Shown: positions 18,956 to 28,497 of the stretch, one piece after another | How the letters are laid out: each line of letters starts with the position of its first letter | Numbering within the stretch: position 1 is the first letter of the stretch | DNA from: an uncultured Bacilli bacterium | GTDB lineage: Bacteria > Bacillota_I > Bacilli_A > RF39 > UBA660 | Assembly (NCBI GenBank): GCA_947628745.1 | Contig: CANRBB010000002.1 | Span: 1 to 47,190 of the forward strand | Length of the DNA stretch: 47,190 bases | Direction of reading: 5' to 3' | Notes under the pieces: generated by a model | The model's database searches: none | What the model was told of the DNA's origin: nothing | The model's input: the letters and a program-made list of their open reading frames with translations, nothing else | Program-made: the position numbers and the translations under genes

Positions 18956-19249
18956 ATGGACAAGATGGATAGTACTATAAGTAATTATAATCATACTGTA
19001 ACTATGGTAGAAAGAAAATCATTTGTTACTAGTGGAGTAAAAAAAATAGAAAATTTTGATGATACACAGTTTTTGTTGGATACTGTTATGGGTTTTATGT
19101 TAGTAAAGGGAGAAAGTCTAGAATTAATAAAGCTCGATACGTTACAGGGAACGGTAACTATTAAGGGAACGATAAATAGTCTTAATTATTTAGAAGATAA
19201 TGCAAAAAAAGATAAAGAATATGGTATATTGAGTAGATTGTTTAAATGA
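18956..19249 (+). CDS. yabP: Sporulation protein YabP
   Basis: 97 aa. The pattern HTVTMVERKSFVTSGVKKIENFDDTQFLLDTVMGFMLVKGESLEL...IKGTINSLNY matches YabP. GGAGATGA RBS. Confidence 0.85.
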   Translation: MDKMDSTISNYNHTVTMVERKSFVTSGVKKIENFDDTQFLLDTVMGFMLVKGESLELIKLDTLQGTVTIKGTINSLNYLEDNAKKDKEYGILSRLFK

Positions 19250-19539
19250 TTAATTTAGATATGCAAATAAAAGCACTTATTTTTTCCTTTATATATGGTA
19301 TTTTTGTTGCCTTAATGATAAATGTTAATTATAAATGTTTATTCAATAAGAATAAAATTTTTAAGTTAATATTTAATTTTATATTTATCTTGGATATTAG
19401 TTTGTTATACTTCTTTTTAATACAAAATATAAATTATGGCTATTTACATATTTACTTTTTTATTGTATTTATACTTGGTTTCTTTTTATCCTTTAACTTT
19501 TTTAAACAAAAAATACGTAAAGGTAGTGTAAAAAAATAG
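19246..19539 (+). CDS. yabQ: Spore cortex biosynthesis protein YabQ-like membrane protein
   Basis: Three hydrophobic segments. ATGA overlap with yabP. Position identical to yabQ. Direct sequence similarity is weak. Confidence 0.6.
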   Translation: MINLDMQIKALIFSFIYGIFVALMINVNYKCLFNKNKIFKLIFNFIFILDISLLYFFLIQNINYGYLHIYFFIVFILGFFLSFNFFKQKIRKGSVKK

Positions 19540-19647
19540 GTAATTTTGGGAGTAATGTTGTATAATATAAAAATCTATTGTATAATTTGGTCGGAAGGGT
19601 GGTAGATTTTTACGTCTCAGAAAAAAAGTAAAAAGTATGATCGTAAT

Positions 19648-19923
19648 ATGGCTAGAAAAAAGCATAAGATGATGTTTTTGACTGTTTTTTCTGTACTTGT
19701 AATTTGTTTAACCACCTATACAATGGGTAAATATTGGATTCAAATTTATGATAAGTCAAAAGAAAAAGAAAAGTTAACTAAAGAATTGAAACAGCTTAGA
19801 AAAAAAGAGTCTACTTTGAGGGCTGATGCTAGCAGAATGCAGGATAGTGAGTATATAGCAAGATATGCTCGGGAAAAATACTTATATAGTAAAGAAGGGG
19901 AATTTATATTAAGAATTCCGTAA
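19648..19923 (+). CDS. divIC: Septum formation initiator family protein (DivIC/FtsB)
   Basis: 91 aa with an N-terminal TM, then a coiled coil (KEKEKLTKELKQLRKKESTLRAD) and YIARYAREKY. Position after yabQ. Confidence 0.7.
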   Translation: MARKKHKMMFLTVFSVLVICLTTYTMGKYWIQIYDKSKEKEKLTKELKQLRKKESTLRADASRMQDSEYIARYAREKYLYSKEGEFILRIP

Positions 19924-20039
19924 AAACTAGGGTTTAATATGATATACTAGAGTGAATAAGAAAAATTCATTCTTTTGTTTTATTATATATATAATTGTAT
20001 GTATATAAATATGGTGGAATATGGTGGTGAAAAATATAT

Positions 20040-21359
20040 ATGGAAGATATAAAAATTGATAAATTATTTAAAATAAATAACAGAGATGTTATAGTTGTTG
20101 GTTGTTCTGCTGGACCAGATTCGATGGCTTTGATGGATATGCTTGTGAAGGCTCGGGATAAATATAATCTTTTTTTAATATGTGCTCATGTCAACCATAA
20201 TGTAAGGAAAGAAAGTATTGAAGAAGCAAGATTTATGCAAGAATATTGTGAAAAAAATAATATTTGTTTTGAAACGATGACTATTGAAAATTATGGAGAA
20301 GATAATTTTCATAATGAAGCACGTAATATTAGATACAATTTTTTTGAGAAAATAGTTGAGAAATATCATGCTGAATATTTAATGACGGCACATCATGCAG
20401 ATGATTTAATGGAAACTATATTGATGAGAATAGTAAGAGGATCTAATTTAAATGGATATTCTGGATTTAAGAAAGTGGTGGAGAAAAATAATTATAAATT
20501 AGTAAGACCTTTAATAAGTTTAACTAAGGATGACTTATTACAATATGATATAGAGAATAATATAAAATTTTATATTGATAGTTCAAATAATAAGATGAAG
20601 TATACCAGAAATAGGTATCGTAAAATTGTATTGCCATTTCTAAAAAAGGAAGATAAGAATGTTCATTTAAAATTTTTGAAATTTAGTACTTACTTAAATC
20701 AAGTTAATGAATTTATTGAAAGAAAAAGGGATGAACAAATTAGTAAGGTAGTGGAAGATGGTAAAATAGTAATATCTAAATTTATATTGGTTGACGAATT
20801 TTTGCAAAAGGAAATATTATATCATTTTATGCAACAATTTTATCATGATGATTTGCTATTAGTTAATGATAAGCATATTAATTTGTTGGATAGCGTTATA
20901 AAAGGTAATAAAAAGAATGTAATAGTAAATTTGCCTAATGAGGTAAATGCTATTAGAGAGTATGATTATTTTTATTTGAAAAAGCAAACAGAAGAATTAA
21001 CTTTATATGAAGTTGAAATTAATGATCATGTTGAATTACCTAATCATAAAAGAATAGACAGAATTTCATATTCTGATGATGATAGTAATAATATTTGTAG
21101 GTTATTGAGTAGTGAAGTTAAATTACCATTAATTGTTAGAACTAGGAAATTGGGTGATAGAGTAAATATAAAAGGAATGGCTGGTTCTAAAAAAGTAAAA
21201 GATGTCTTTATAAATGAGAAGATTAGTAAAAATGACAGGGATTTGTGGCCTATTGTTGTGGATAGTTTAGGAAGAATTGTTTGGATACCAGGTCTTAGAA
21301 AAACTAAATTTAATAAAAATGTAGATCAAGAATGTGATATTATATTGAGATATTATTAA
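20040..21359 (+). CDS. tilS: tRNA(Ile)-lysidine synthase
   Basis: PP-loop VVGCSAGPDSMAL, HVNHNVR, and a C-terminal TilS substrate-binding region (GSKKVKDVFINEKI). Confidence 0.9.
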   Translation: MEDIKIDKLFKINNRDVIVVGCSAGPDSMALMDMLVKARDKYNLFLICAHVNHNVRKESIEEARFMQEYCEKNNICFETMTIENYGEDNFHNEARNIRYNFFEKIVEKYHAEYLMTAHHADDLMETILMRIVRGSNLNGYSGFKKVVEKNNYKLVRPLISLTKDDLLQYDIENNIKFYIDSSNNKMKYTRNRYRKIVLPFLKKEDKNVHLKFLKFSTYLNQVNEFIERKRDEQISKVVEDGKIVISKFILVDEFLQKEILYHFMQQFYHDDLLLVNDKHINLLDSVIKGNKKNVIVNLPNEVNAIREYDYFYLKKQTEELTLYEVEINDHVELPNHKRIDRISYSDDDSNNICRLLSSEVKLPLIVRTRKLGDRVNIKGMAGSKKVKDVFINEKISKNDRDLWPIVVDSLGRIVWIPGLRKTKFNKNVDQECDIILRYY

Positions 21360-21399
21360 ATAGAGTTATTAGTAAAATTTTAAATTACCTAAAAAATTA

Positions 21400-21427
21400 T
21401 TGTATTTGTAGTATTTTTTGATATAAT
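21400..21427 (+). promoter_or_regulatory. Candidate sigma-A promoter for ftsH
   Basis: TTGTAT (21400-21405), 16-nt spacer, extended -10 TGaTATAAT (21419-21427). Confidence 0.45.
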
Positions 21428-21532
21428 ATTAGTCGTTGGAATGTTATCTATATTATTAAATGGACAGCTTAGTAATTTTAAGCAATTATATTTACTTTTA
21501 ATATAGTTATAAAGAAAGGAATTTTTAAAGAT

Positions 21533-23512
21533 ATGAATAAAAAAATTGATAAAAAAACAGTAAAAAAAGGTTTGTTACCATATTTATTTATTGTAATTTT
21601 TATACTTGTGATTCTTTATATGTTTAATTTTTTGAATCATACTACTAATGTTTTGACATATAATCAATTCATGGATAATTTATCAAATGGTAAGGTGGAA
21701 GAATTTACACTTACGCCAAGAGATAGGGCACAAACGTATGAAGTTACTGGTAGATTGACTGAGTATGCGGAGACTGAAAGTTTTTATGCGGTTTTACCTA
21801 AGAGTGACAATGTTATTGAAAAAATAACTGATTTATCGGAAAAACATAAGATTGATTTTACTACTAAAGCTGATCCTGAATCGAGCACTTTCTTGATGGT
21901 ATTGGCAGATTTACTTCCTATTGTTATTTTGTTAGTATTAGCTTTTTACTTTTTGAATAAGCAAATGGCTGGAAATAAAAGTTCTATGGATTTTGGAAAA
22001 AGCAAAGCTAGATTATCAGATAATAAAAATAAAGTATTATTTAAAGATGTAGCAGGATTGAAAGAAGAGAAAGAAGAAGTCAGAGAGCTAATTGATTTCT
22101 TAAAAAATCCTAAGAAATTTCAAAAGCTTGGAGCTCGTATACCTAAGGGTGTTCTATTAATGGGGCCTCCTGGAACTGGAAAAACTTTACTTGCACGTGC
22201 TGTGGCTGGAGAAGCTAATGTACCGTTCTATTTTATAAGTGGTTCTGATTTTGTGGAATTATTTGTTGGTGTTGGAGCTAGTCGTGTTAGAGATATGTTT
22301 CAACAGGCTAAAAGAAATGCACCTTGTTTAATATTTATAGATGAAATAGATGCTGTTGGTAGACAAAGGGGTACTGGACTAGGTGGTGGACATGATGAAC
22401 GTGAACAAACACTTAACCAGTTACTTACAGAGATGGATGGTTTTGGAGAGAATGCAGGAATTATTATAATTGCTGCTACAAATAGACCAGATGTTTTAGA
22501 CCCAGCACTTCTTAGACCTGGAAGATTTGATAGACAAGTTACAGTAAGTTTACCTGATATAAAGGGGCGTGAAGAAATTCTTGCTGTTCATGCTAAAAAT
22601 AAGAAGCTTGGTAAAGATGTGACATTGAAAAATTTAGCTAAAAGAACACCAGGATTTAGTGGGGCAGATCTTGAAAATTTATTGAATGAAGCAGCTTTAC
22701 TTGCTGTAAGAAGAGATAAAGATGAAATATCAATGCATGAAGTTGATGAGGCAACGGATAGAGTTTTAATGGGACCTGCTAAAGTTAGTCATAAATATAG
22801 TGAGAAAGATAGAAAATTGGTAGCTTATCATGAAGCAGGGCATGCAGTTATCGGTTTGAAATTAGCAAATGCTTCTGATGTTCAAAAAGTAACTATTATT
22901 CCACGTGGATCTGCTGGTGGATATAATATGATGGTTCCTAGCGAAGAAAAATTATGTTCTACTAAAACTGACTTGTTAGAGCAAGTAACAGGTTTATTAG
23001 GAGGAAGAGTCAGTGAAGAAGTTGTATTTAAGGAAATTACGACAGGTGCAGAAAACGATTTTTCCAAAGCAACTAAAATTGTGAGGGCTATGGTTACTGA
23101 GTACGGTATGAGTGATTTGGGGCCTATGCAGTTAGAGCAACAGGAGGGTGCTGCCTTTTTAGGACGTGACTATAATAAAACTAGAAACTTTTCAGAGACT
23201 GTGGCTCATGAAATTGATGAAGAAATGAGAAAAATCATTAACGAATGTTATGTTAATGCTAAAAAAATAATTAAAGAAAATAGAAAATTACTTAATTTAA
23301 TTGCTGAAACCTTACTTGAGTATGAGACTTTGACTAAAGAACAAATTGATTACTTGGTTGAAAATGGGGTAATGCCTGATGAAGACAAAAATAATTTAGA
23401 GTCTATGTCTTTGACTAGTCTTAGAGCTATTGCTAAAGAGAAGAATATTAAAAATTATACTAAGATGAATAAGGCCGAAATTATTGATGAATTGGATAAA
23501 TTAGATAAGTAA
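21533..23512 (+). CDS. ftsH: ATP-dependent zinc metalloprotease FtsH with extra C-terminal Rho_N/SAP-like tail
   Basis: Two N-terminal TMs, GPPGTGKT, second region of homology, HEAGHA zinc site. The last ~35 aa are [28 protein letters not shown]. Confidence 0.97.
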   Translation: MNKKIDKKTVKKGLLPYLFIVIFILVILYMFNFLNHTTNVLTYNQFMDNLSNGKVEEFTLTPRDRAQTYEVTGRLTEYAETESFYAVLPKSDNVIEKITDLSEKHKIDFTTKADPESSTFLMVLADLLPIVILLVLAFYFLNKQMAGNKSSMDFGKSKARLSDNKNKVLFKDVAGLKEEKEEVRELIDFLKNPKKFQKLGARIPKGVLLMGPPGTGKTLLARAVAGEANVPFYFISGSDFVELFVGVGASRVRDMFQQAKRNAPCLIFIDEIDAVGRQRGTGLGGGHDEREQTLNQLLTEMDGFGENAGIIIIAATNRPDVLDPALLRPGRFDRQVTVSLPDIKGREEILAVHAKNKKLGKDVTLKNLAKRTPGFSGADLENLLNEAALLAVRRDKDEISMHEVDEATDRVLMGPAKVSHKYSEKDRKLVAYHEAGHAVIGLKLANASDVQKVTIIPRGSAGGYNMMVPSEEKLCSTKTDLLEQVTGLLGGRVSEEVVFKEITTGAENDFSKATKIVRAMVTEYGMSDLGPMQLEQQEGAAFLGRDYNKTRNFSETVAHEIDEEMRKIINECYVNAKKIIKENRKLLNLIAETLLEYETLTKEQIDYLVENGVMPDEDKNNLESMSLTSLRAIAKEKNIKNYTKMNKAEIIDELDKLDK

Positions 23513-23521
23513 AATATTTCG

Positions 23522-23555
23522 AAACATATGTGCTTGTGTTACATATGTTTTTTTG
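23522..23555 (+). terminator. Intrinsic terminator after ftsH
   Basis: aaacatatgt (23522-23531) pairs perfectly with acatatgttt (23541-23550). The loop is 9 nt and a T-run follows. Confidence 0.8.
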
Positions 23556-23583
23556 TTATAATAAGCCGGAAGTGGAGTAATAT

Positions 23584-24567
23584 ATGTGGAAAATAGGTAA
23601 TGTAGAGATTAAAAATCAGGTGGTTTTGGCTCCTATGGCAGGTATTTCTAATTCTGCTTATAGAAGAATATGTAAAGAAATGGGTTGTGGCTTAGTATGT
23701 TGTGAAATGGTGAGCGATAAAGCGATTAGTTTTGGAAATAAAAAAACTATTGATATGTTATATATGACAAATGAAGAAAGGCCTATATCGCAACAAATTT
23801 TTGGAACGGATGTAGATAGCTTTGTACAAAGTGCCAAATTTATTGAAGAAACTATGCACCCTGATATTATAGATATTAATATGGGTTGTCCTGTGCCTAA
23901 AGTAGCTCTAAGAGCACAAGCCGGTTCGGCACTTTTAAAAAATCCACAGAAAATAAAGAAAATAGTTAAAGCTGTTGTAGAAGCTGTTGATGTACCAATT
24001 ACAGTTAAGATAAGAAGCGGTTGGGATTCTAATAGTATTAATGCTATTGAAGTGGCTAAAATATGTGAAGAAGCAGGAGCTAGTGCTATTACTGTTCATC
24101 CAAGAACTAGAAGTCAAGGATATTCTGGTAAGGCAAATTGGGCAATTATTAAGCAGGTTAAAGAAAATGTTAACATACCAGTTATTGGTAATGGAGATAT
24201 ATGTAGTCCTATGGATGCTAAAAGAATGCTTGAAGAAACTGGATGTGATGCAGTAATGATAGGTAGAGGTGTACTTGGTAATCCTTGGTTAATTAGAAAT
24301 ACAATAAGTTATTTAGAGGGAAAAGATTATCTCAAAGAAGTTAGTTTACAGGAAAAGGTAGATATGTGTATTAAACATATCAAATATTTGTGTGAATATA
24401 GAGATGAAAAATTAGTAATGTTAGAGATGAGAAATCATATAGCTTGGTATTTAAAAGGAATACCTAATGCTAATATAGTAAAAAATAAAATCTATCAATG
24501 TAATAATATTCGTGATATAATTCAAGTATTGAGAAATTTTTTGGAGGATAATAATGAAAAAAGGTGA
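23584..24567 (+). CDS. dusB: tRNA-dihydrouridine synthase
   Basis: LAPMAGISNSAYRRI, DINMGCP and HPRTR motifs. Position before lysS as for B. subtilis yacF. Confidence 0.9.
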   Translation: MWKIGNVEIKNQVVLAPMAGISNSAYRRICKEMGCGLVCCEMVSDKAISFGNKKTIDMLYMTNEERPISQQIFGTDVDSFVQSAKFIEETMHPDIIDINMGCPVPKVALRAQAGSALLKNPQKIKKIVKAVVEAVDVPITVKIRSGWDSNSINAIEVAKICEEAGASAITVHPRTRSQGYSGKANWAIIKQVKENVNIPVIGNGDICSPMDAKRMLEETGCDAVMIGRGVLGNPWLIRNTISYLEGKDYLKEVSLQEKVDMCIKHIKYLCEYRDEKLVMLEMRNHIAWYLKGIPNANIVKNKIYQCNNIRDIIQVLRNFLEDNNEKR

Positions 24568-25177
24568 AAAAAATCAAAAATATGAAAAGGCTTTGTTTTC
24601 AAAAAGATTGGTGGGTTATCTAATTGATTATTTTATTGTGATGATGATTGCATCAGTTTTGCAAATACCTTTTTTAAATAATAAGAATGTAGAAAAATTG
24701 GATAAACAATTACTTGAAACTGTTGATAAATATAATAAACAAGAGATTGATTTACAAACTTATTTTAATCAATATTTAGATTATTCTTATTTGATAACCA
24801 AGGAAAGTGGTTTATCGGTTTTAATAACTATAATTGTAGATGTGCTGTATTTTATAGTTCTTCAGGCGTATATGGGTGGGCAAACCTTAGGAAAAAAATT
24901 AATGAAAATTAAGATTGTAAAAAATGATGATGGTGATGTTACTGTTAATGATGTGACGATTAGAAATGTTATTAATAATGATATACTTGCTAATATATTA
25001 TTGGCCATACTTTTGTTAATGGGTAAAAATGTTTACTTTATGGGGACATTGGTAGTTATGTCTATTCAGTATCTTGTTACTTTTTTGAGTATTATATTTA
25101 TTTTATTTAGAAAAGACGGACGTAGTGTTGCTGATTTAATTGCTAAGACAAGAGTAGTAAGTTTAAAGGAGGAGTAG
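24554..25177 (+). CDS. RDD family membrane protein
   Basis: KRLVGYLIDYFIV, GQTLGKKLMKIKIV and R..ADLIAKTRVV fit the RDD pattern, with multiple TMs. GGAGGA RBS. Overlaps the dusB end by 14 nt. Confidence 0.7.
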   Translation: MKKGEKNQKYEKALFSKRLVGYLIDYFIVMMIASVLQIPFLNNKNVEKLDKQLLETVDKYNKQEIDLQTYFNQYLDYSYLITKESGLSVLITIIVDVLYFIVLQAYMGGQTLGKKLMKIKIVKNDDGDVTVNDVTIRNVINNDILANILLAILLLMGKNVYFMGTLVVMSIQYLVTFLSIIFILFRKDGRSVADLIAKTRVVSLKEE

Positions 25178-25180
25178 GAA

Positions 25181-26656
25181 ATGAGAGAATTTAGTGAACA
25201 AGAATTAGTTAGAAGGGCAAAACTTGATAATATCAAACAACCTTATCCGGATCGTTTTGAAATTAATTGTGAAATAAAGGATGCTGTATTGAAAGAAGAT
25301 GGAACAACTGGTATTAGAGTAGCAGGAAGAATTGTTTTGATGCGTAAGATGGGTAAAATGAGCTTTATAACAATAGGGGATATTTTAGGTAAAATTCAAG
25401 TATCTATTAAAATAGATATGATTGGAGAAGAGGCTTATCAAGACTTCAAAGCAAACTATGATTTAGGAGATTTTATCGGTGTTGAGGGTGAAATGTTTAC
25501 TACTCACACAGGAGAAAAAACAATTAGAGCATCTTTTATTAAGTTTTTAGGTAAGGCTTTAAGACCATTACCTGAAAAATTTCATGGTATTGAGGATATT
25601 GAAACTATATATAGAAAACGTTATCTTGATTTAATTACAAATGATGAAAGTAAGAGTAAATTTTTATTCCGTAGTCGTTTTATTAAGGAATTGCGTGATT
25701 ATCTAGATAAAAGGGGCTACATAGAAATAGAAACACCTATTCTTAATAATAAGGCTAGTGGGGCAACAGCAAGACCGTTTACTACTCATCATAATGCTTT
25801 GGATATAGATTTATTTTTGAGAATTGCTCCTGAAACATATTTAAAAAGGGCTATTGTAGGTGGGTATACTAAAGTTTTTGAAATAGGTAGATGCTTTAGA
25901 AATGAGGGAATGGATTTAACACATTTGCAAGACTTTACTATGATAGAAGGTTATGGTGCCTATCTTAACTATAGAGATAATATGACTTTTTTGAGGGAAA
26001 TGTTGCAGAATATAATTATGAATATTTTTAACGCTTTAGAGATTAGTGTTGGTGGAAAAATTGTTGATTTATCAGGTGATTGGGAAGAAATTAGCTTTAG
26101 AGATTTAATTTTTAAGTATTCTAATATTGATATAAATGTATATAATACTAAGGAGTTATTACTTGCCAAAATAAAAGATGATGGAATTGATATTGAAAGC
26201 GAGACTCCTTTGGAAAATTTAGGATATGGTAATTTGGTAGATCAATTGTATAAAAAAGTAGCTCGTCCTTATATTGTTAATCCAGTTTTCTTAACAGAGC
26301 ATCCTATTAGTCTATCACCTTTAGCTAGAGCTAATGATGATAATCCTGATATTACTGATCGTTTTCAGCTAGTAATTAATGGTGCTGAAATCATTAATGC
26401 TTATTCTGAACTTGTTGATCCACGTGAGCAAGAAAAAAGATTACTTGAACAAGCACGTCTTCGTGCCGGAGGTGACTTAGAAAGTATGCCAATGGATTAT
26501 GATTATATTGAGGCTATGGAGTATGGTATGCCTCCAATTAGTGGTTGGGGTATGGGAATAGATAGAATAGTACAACTATTAACTAATTCTGATAACATAA
26601 AAGATGTGGTCTTGTTTCCACTTATGAAAAATAAAGAAGATAGTACTAACAATTAA
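25181..26656 (+). CDS. lysS: Lysine--tRNA ligase, class II
   Basis: OB-fold N-domain, class II motifs (FRNEG, GMGIDR), 491 aa. Confidence 0.97.
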   Translation: MREFSEQELVRRAKLDNIKQPYPDRFEINCEIKDAVLKEDGTTGIRVAGRIVLMRKMGKMSFITIGDILGKIQVSIKIDMIGEEAYQDFKANYDLGDFIGVEGEMFTTHTGEKTIRASFIKFLGKALRPLPEKFHGIEDIETIYRKRYLDLITNDESKSKFLFRSRFIKELRDYLDKRGYIEIETPILNNKASGATARPFTTHHNALDIDLFLRIAPETYLKRAIVGGYTKVFEIGRCFRNEGMDLTHLQDFTMIEGYGAYLNYRDNMTFLREMLQNIIMNIFNALEISVGGKIVDLSGDWEEISFRDLIFKYSNIDINVYNTKELLLAKIKDDGIDIESETPLENLGYGNLVDQLYKKVARPYIVNPVFLTEHPISLSPLARANDDNPDITDRFQLVINGAEIINAYSELVDPREQEKRLLEQARLRAGGDLESMPMDYDYIEAMEYGMPPISGWGMGIDRIVQLLTNSDNIKDVVLFPLMKNKEDSTNN

Positions 26657-26679
26657 TTAATTAGTATCTGTCTTTTTTT
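26638..26679 (+). terminator. Intrinsic terminator overlapping the lysS stop
   Basis: agatagtactaa pairs with ttagta-t-ctgtct (12 bp, one bulge, one G:U). The loop is 11 nt and T7 sits at 26673-26679. Confidence 0.65.
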
Positions 26680-26711
26680 CTTTAAAAATTCGGTAAAAAT
26701 ATCCAAAAGTA

Positions 26712-26740
26712 TTGTAAATTAAAGATATTGTTATTATAAT
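26712..26740 (+). promoter_or_regulatory. Candidate sigma-A promoter for the 26761 transporter gene
   Basis: TTGTAA (26712-26717), 17-nt spacer, TATAAT (26735-26740). Confidence 0.45.
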
Positions 26741-26760
26741 TAAAGTGGGAGGAGAAGAAA

Positions 26761-28359
26761 ATGAAGAAACATAATGCAATTAAAGTCGTTCTATTAACAT
26801 TACTTACATTCTTTTTATTAAGTTGGATATGTACGTCAGCATATTATTCAGGTAGTTATGTTGATCAAGGACGTTGGCAAATGGGTTTATTTGATATTTT
26901 TTCATATCCTGTAACTGCAATTTCATATTTTGGATATATTTCTCTATATGCATTTGCAATAGGATTATTCTATGGTATAGTAAACAAAATTGATGCATAT
27001 AGAGTAATGCTTGATAAACTTGCTAAGAGTTTTAAAGGAAAAGAAAAAATAGCTATATCTATTATAATGATTTTATTAGCAATCATTACTTCATTCTGTG
27101 GCTTACAGTTTGGTTTGTTGTTTGTATTCCCATTTGTTATATCGTTAGTATTGATAATGGGATATGACAAAATTGTTGCTGCATTAACAACTGTTGGTAG
27201 TGTAATTGTAGGTATGATGGGAGCAACCTTTGCTTATAATAACACAGCTATTTTAGCTAGTATACTTTCTCTAAAGGTAACTTCAGGAATTGTGTATAAG
27301 TTGATAGTTCTTGTTTTAGGTCTTGTGATTCTTATTGTTAATACAATGATATATATCAATAAAAAAATGCCTAAAAGAACAAAGGATGATGCTAAAGAAT
27401 TGGATTCATATTTACCAGAAGTAGTTAACGCTAAGGATAGTAAAACTGCTAAAATTTGGCCTTTAGTATTAATATTTGATTTGATATTAATTGTAATGAT
27501 TTTAGCATTTATTGCTTGGAGTGATGTATTTAATATTACGTTATTCTCTGATGTTACTACAGCTATAACTGGATTTACTATTCCAGCATATCTTGCTTTA
27601 TTGGTATTATTACTAATAGTAAATATTGTATTGTTTGTTAAGAAGAAAAATAAACAAGCATGTATATTAGATGCTGCTTCAGCAATAGTTGCGGCTGTTA
27701 TACTAATTGGTAGATTTGCTGTAAAAGCTAAGTTATTTAAAGATATAGTTAAAGGTTTAACAGTTGATTTCGCAATTTTTGGTAAATTTTTAGGTACAGT
27801 TAATAAATTTGGTGAGTGGAATCTTACAGAACTATCATTATTAGTTGTATTGGGAGCTATTATATTAGCTATGGTTTATAAAGTTAAGTTTGATGATGCT
27901 TTAGATAATATTGTTAATGGTATTAAAAAAGCATTAGTACCAGCTTTATTGGTATTACTAATTTATGTTGGTTTAGTAATTGTTACTTATCATCCATTCC
28001 AATTACCTATTTACAAAGCTATATTTGGTTTAACTAAAGGATTTAATGTATTTACATCTACGATAGTAGCTATTTTAGCAACTGTGTTTAATAGTGATCC
28101 TATGTATGTATTTAACAGTGTTATACCATATCTTGTTAGTTTAGTTACAAATACTAATGTATATCCTGTTGTTTGGGTATTATATCAGTCTGTTTCTGGA
28201 TTAACTATGTTAGTGGCTCCAACAAGTGTAGTATTAATTTTAACATTATATTATCTTAATATTCCTTACGGCAAATGGTTAAAAACTGTTTGGAAATTAG
28301 CATTACAAATGTTAATTGTACTATTAGTTGTATGCACGGTAGCTTTAGCTTTAGTGTAA
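26761..28359 (+). CDS. Polytopic membrane transporter, YfcC / C4-dicarboxylate-anaerobic-carrier-like family (tentative)
   Basis: More than 10 hydrophobic segments. The N-terminal third (GLFDIF..P...FAIGLFYGIVNKIDAYRVMLDKLAKSFKGKEKIAISIIMILL....GYDKIVAAL) resembles YfcC-family proteins from memory. The coding call is strong; the family call is tentative. Confidence 0.5.
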   Translation: MKKHNAIKVVLLTLLTFFLLSWICTSAYYSGSYVDQGRWQMGLFDIFSYPVTAISYFGYISLYAFAIGLFYGIVNKIDAYRVMLDKLAKSFKGKEKIAISIIMILLAIITSFCGLQFGLLFVFPFVISLVLIMGYDKIVAALTTVGSVIVGMMGATFAYNNTAILASILSLKVTSGIVYKLIVLVLGLVILIVNTMIYINKKMPKRTKDDAKELDSYLPEVVNAKDSKTAKIWPLVLIFDLILIVMILAFIAWSDVFNITLFSDVTTAITGFTIPAYLALLVLLLIVNIVLFVKKKNKQACILDAASAIVAAVILIGRFAVKAKLFKDIVKGLTVDFAIFGKFLGTVNKFGEWNLTELSLLVVLGAIILAMVYKVKFDDALDNIVNGIKKALVPALLVLLIYVGLVIVTYHPFQLPIYKAIFGLTKGFNVFTSTIVAILATVFNSDPMYVFNSVIPYLVSLVTNTNVYPVVWVLYQSVSGLTMLVAPTSVVLILTLYYLNIPYGKWLKTVWKLALQMLIVLLVVCTVALALV

Positions 28360-28376
28360 TAAAAACTATTAAAAAT

Positions 28377-28416
28377 CAAGATAGTTTTCTACGAGAAAAT
28401 CTTTCTTGGTTTTTTC
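28377..28416 (+). terminator. Intrinsic terminator after the transporter gene
   Basis: Imperfect long hairpin from caagatagttttct to agaaaatctttcttg (28377-28408), followed by T-run 28410-28415. Confidence 0.65.
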
Positions 28417-28497
28417 TTTTGTCGTTTTTTTGGGGGCATAAACTCTTGTCATCAAGTAAAAGATATACATAAAATAGTATTGAAGGGATGGGAGAAA

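Noticed and set aside
20016-20037. Direct repeat aatatggtgg aatatggtgg just upstream of tilS.
   Set aside because: Only two copies of 11 nt overlap the RBS region. It is probably a local duplication with no separable function visible from the sequence.
24041-24256. 71-aa plus-strand ORF in an alternative frame inside dusB. Similar alternative-frame ORFs occur at 45992..46192 in rpoC and 28275..28472 across the transporter end and terminator.
   Set aside because: They overlap strongly conserved coding frames or a terminator, and they have no RBS. They are most likely chance ORFs.
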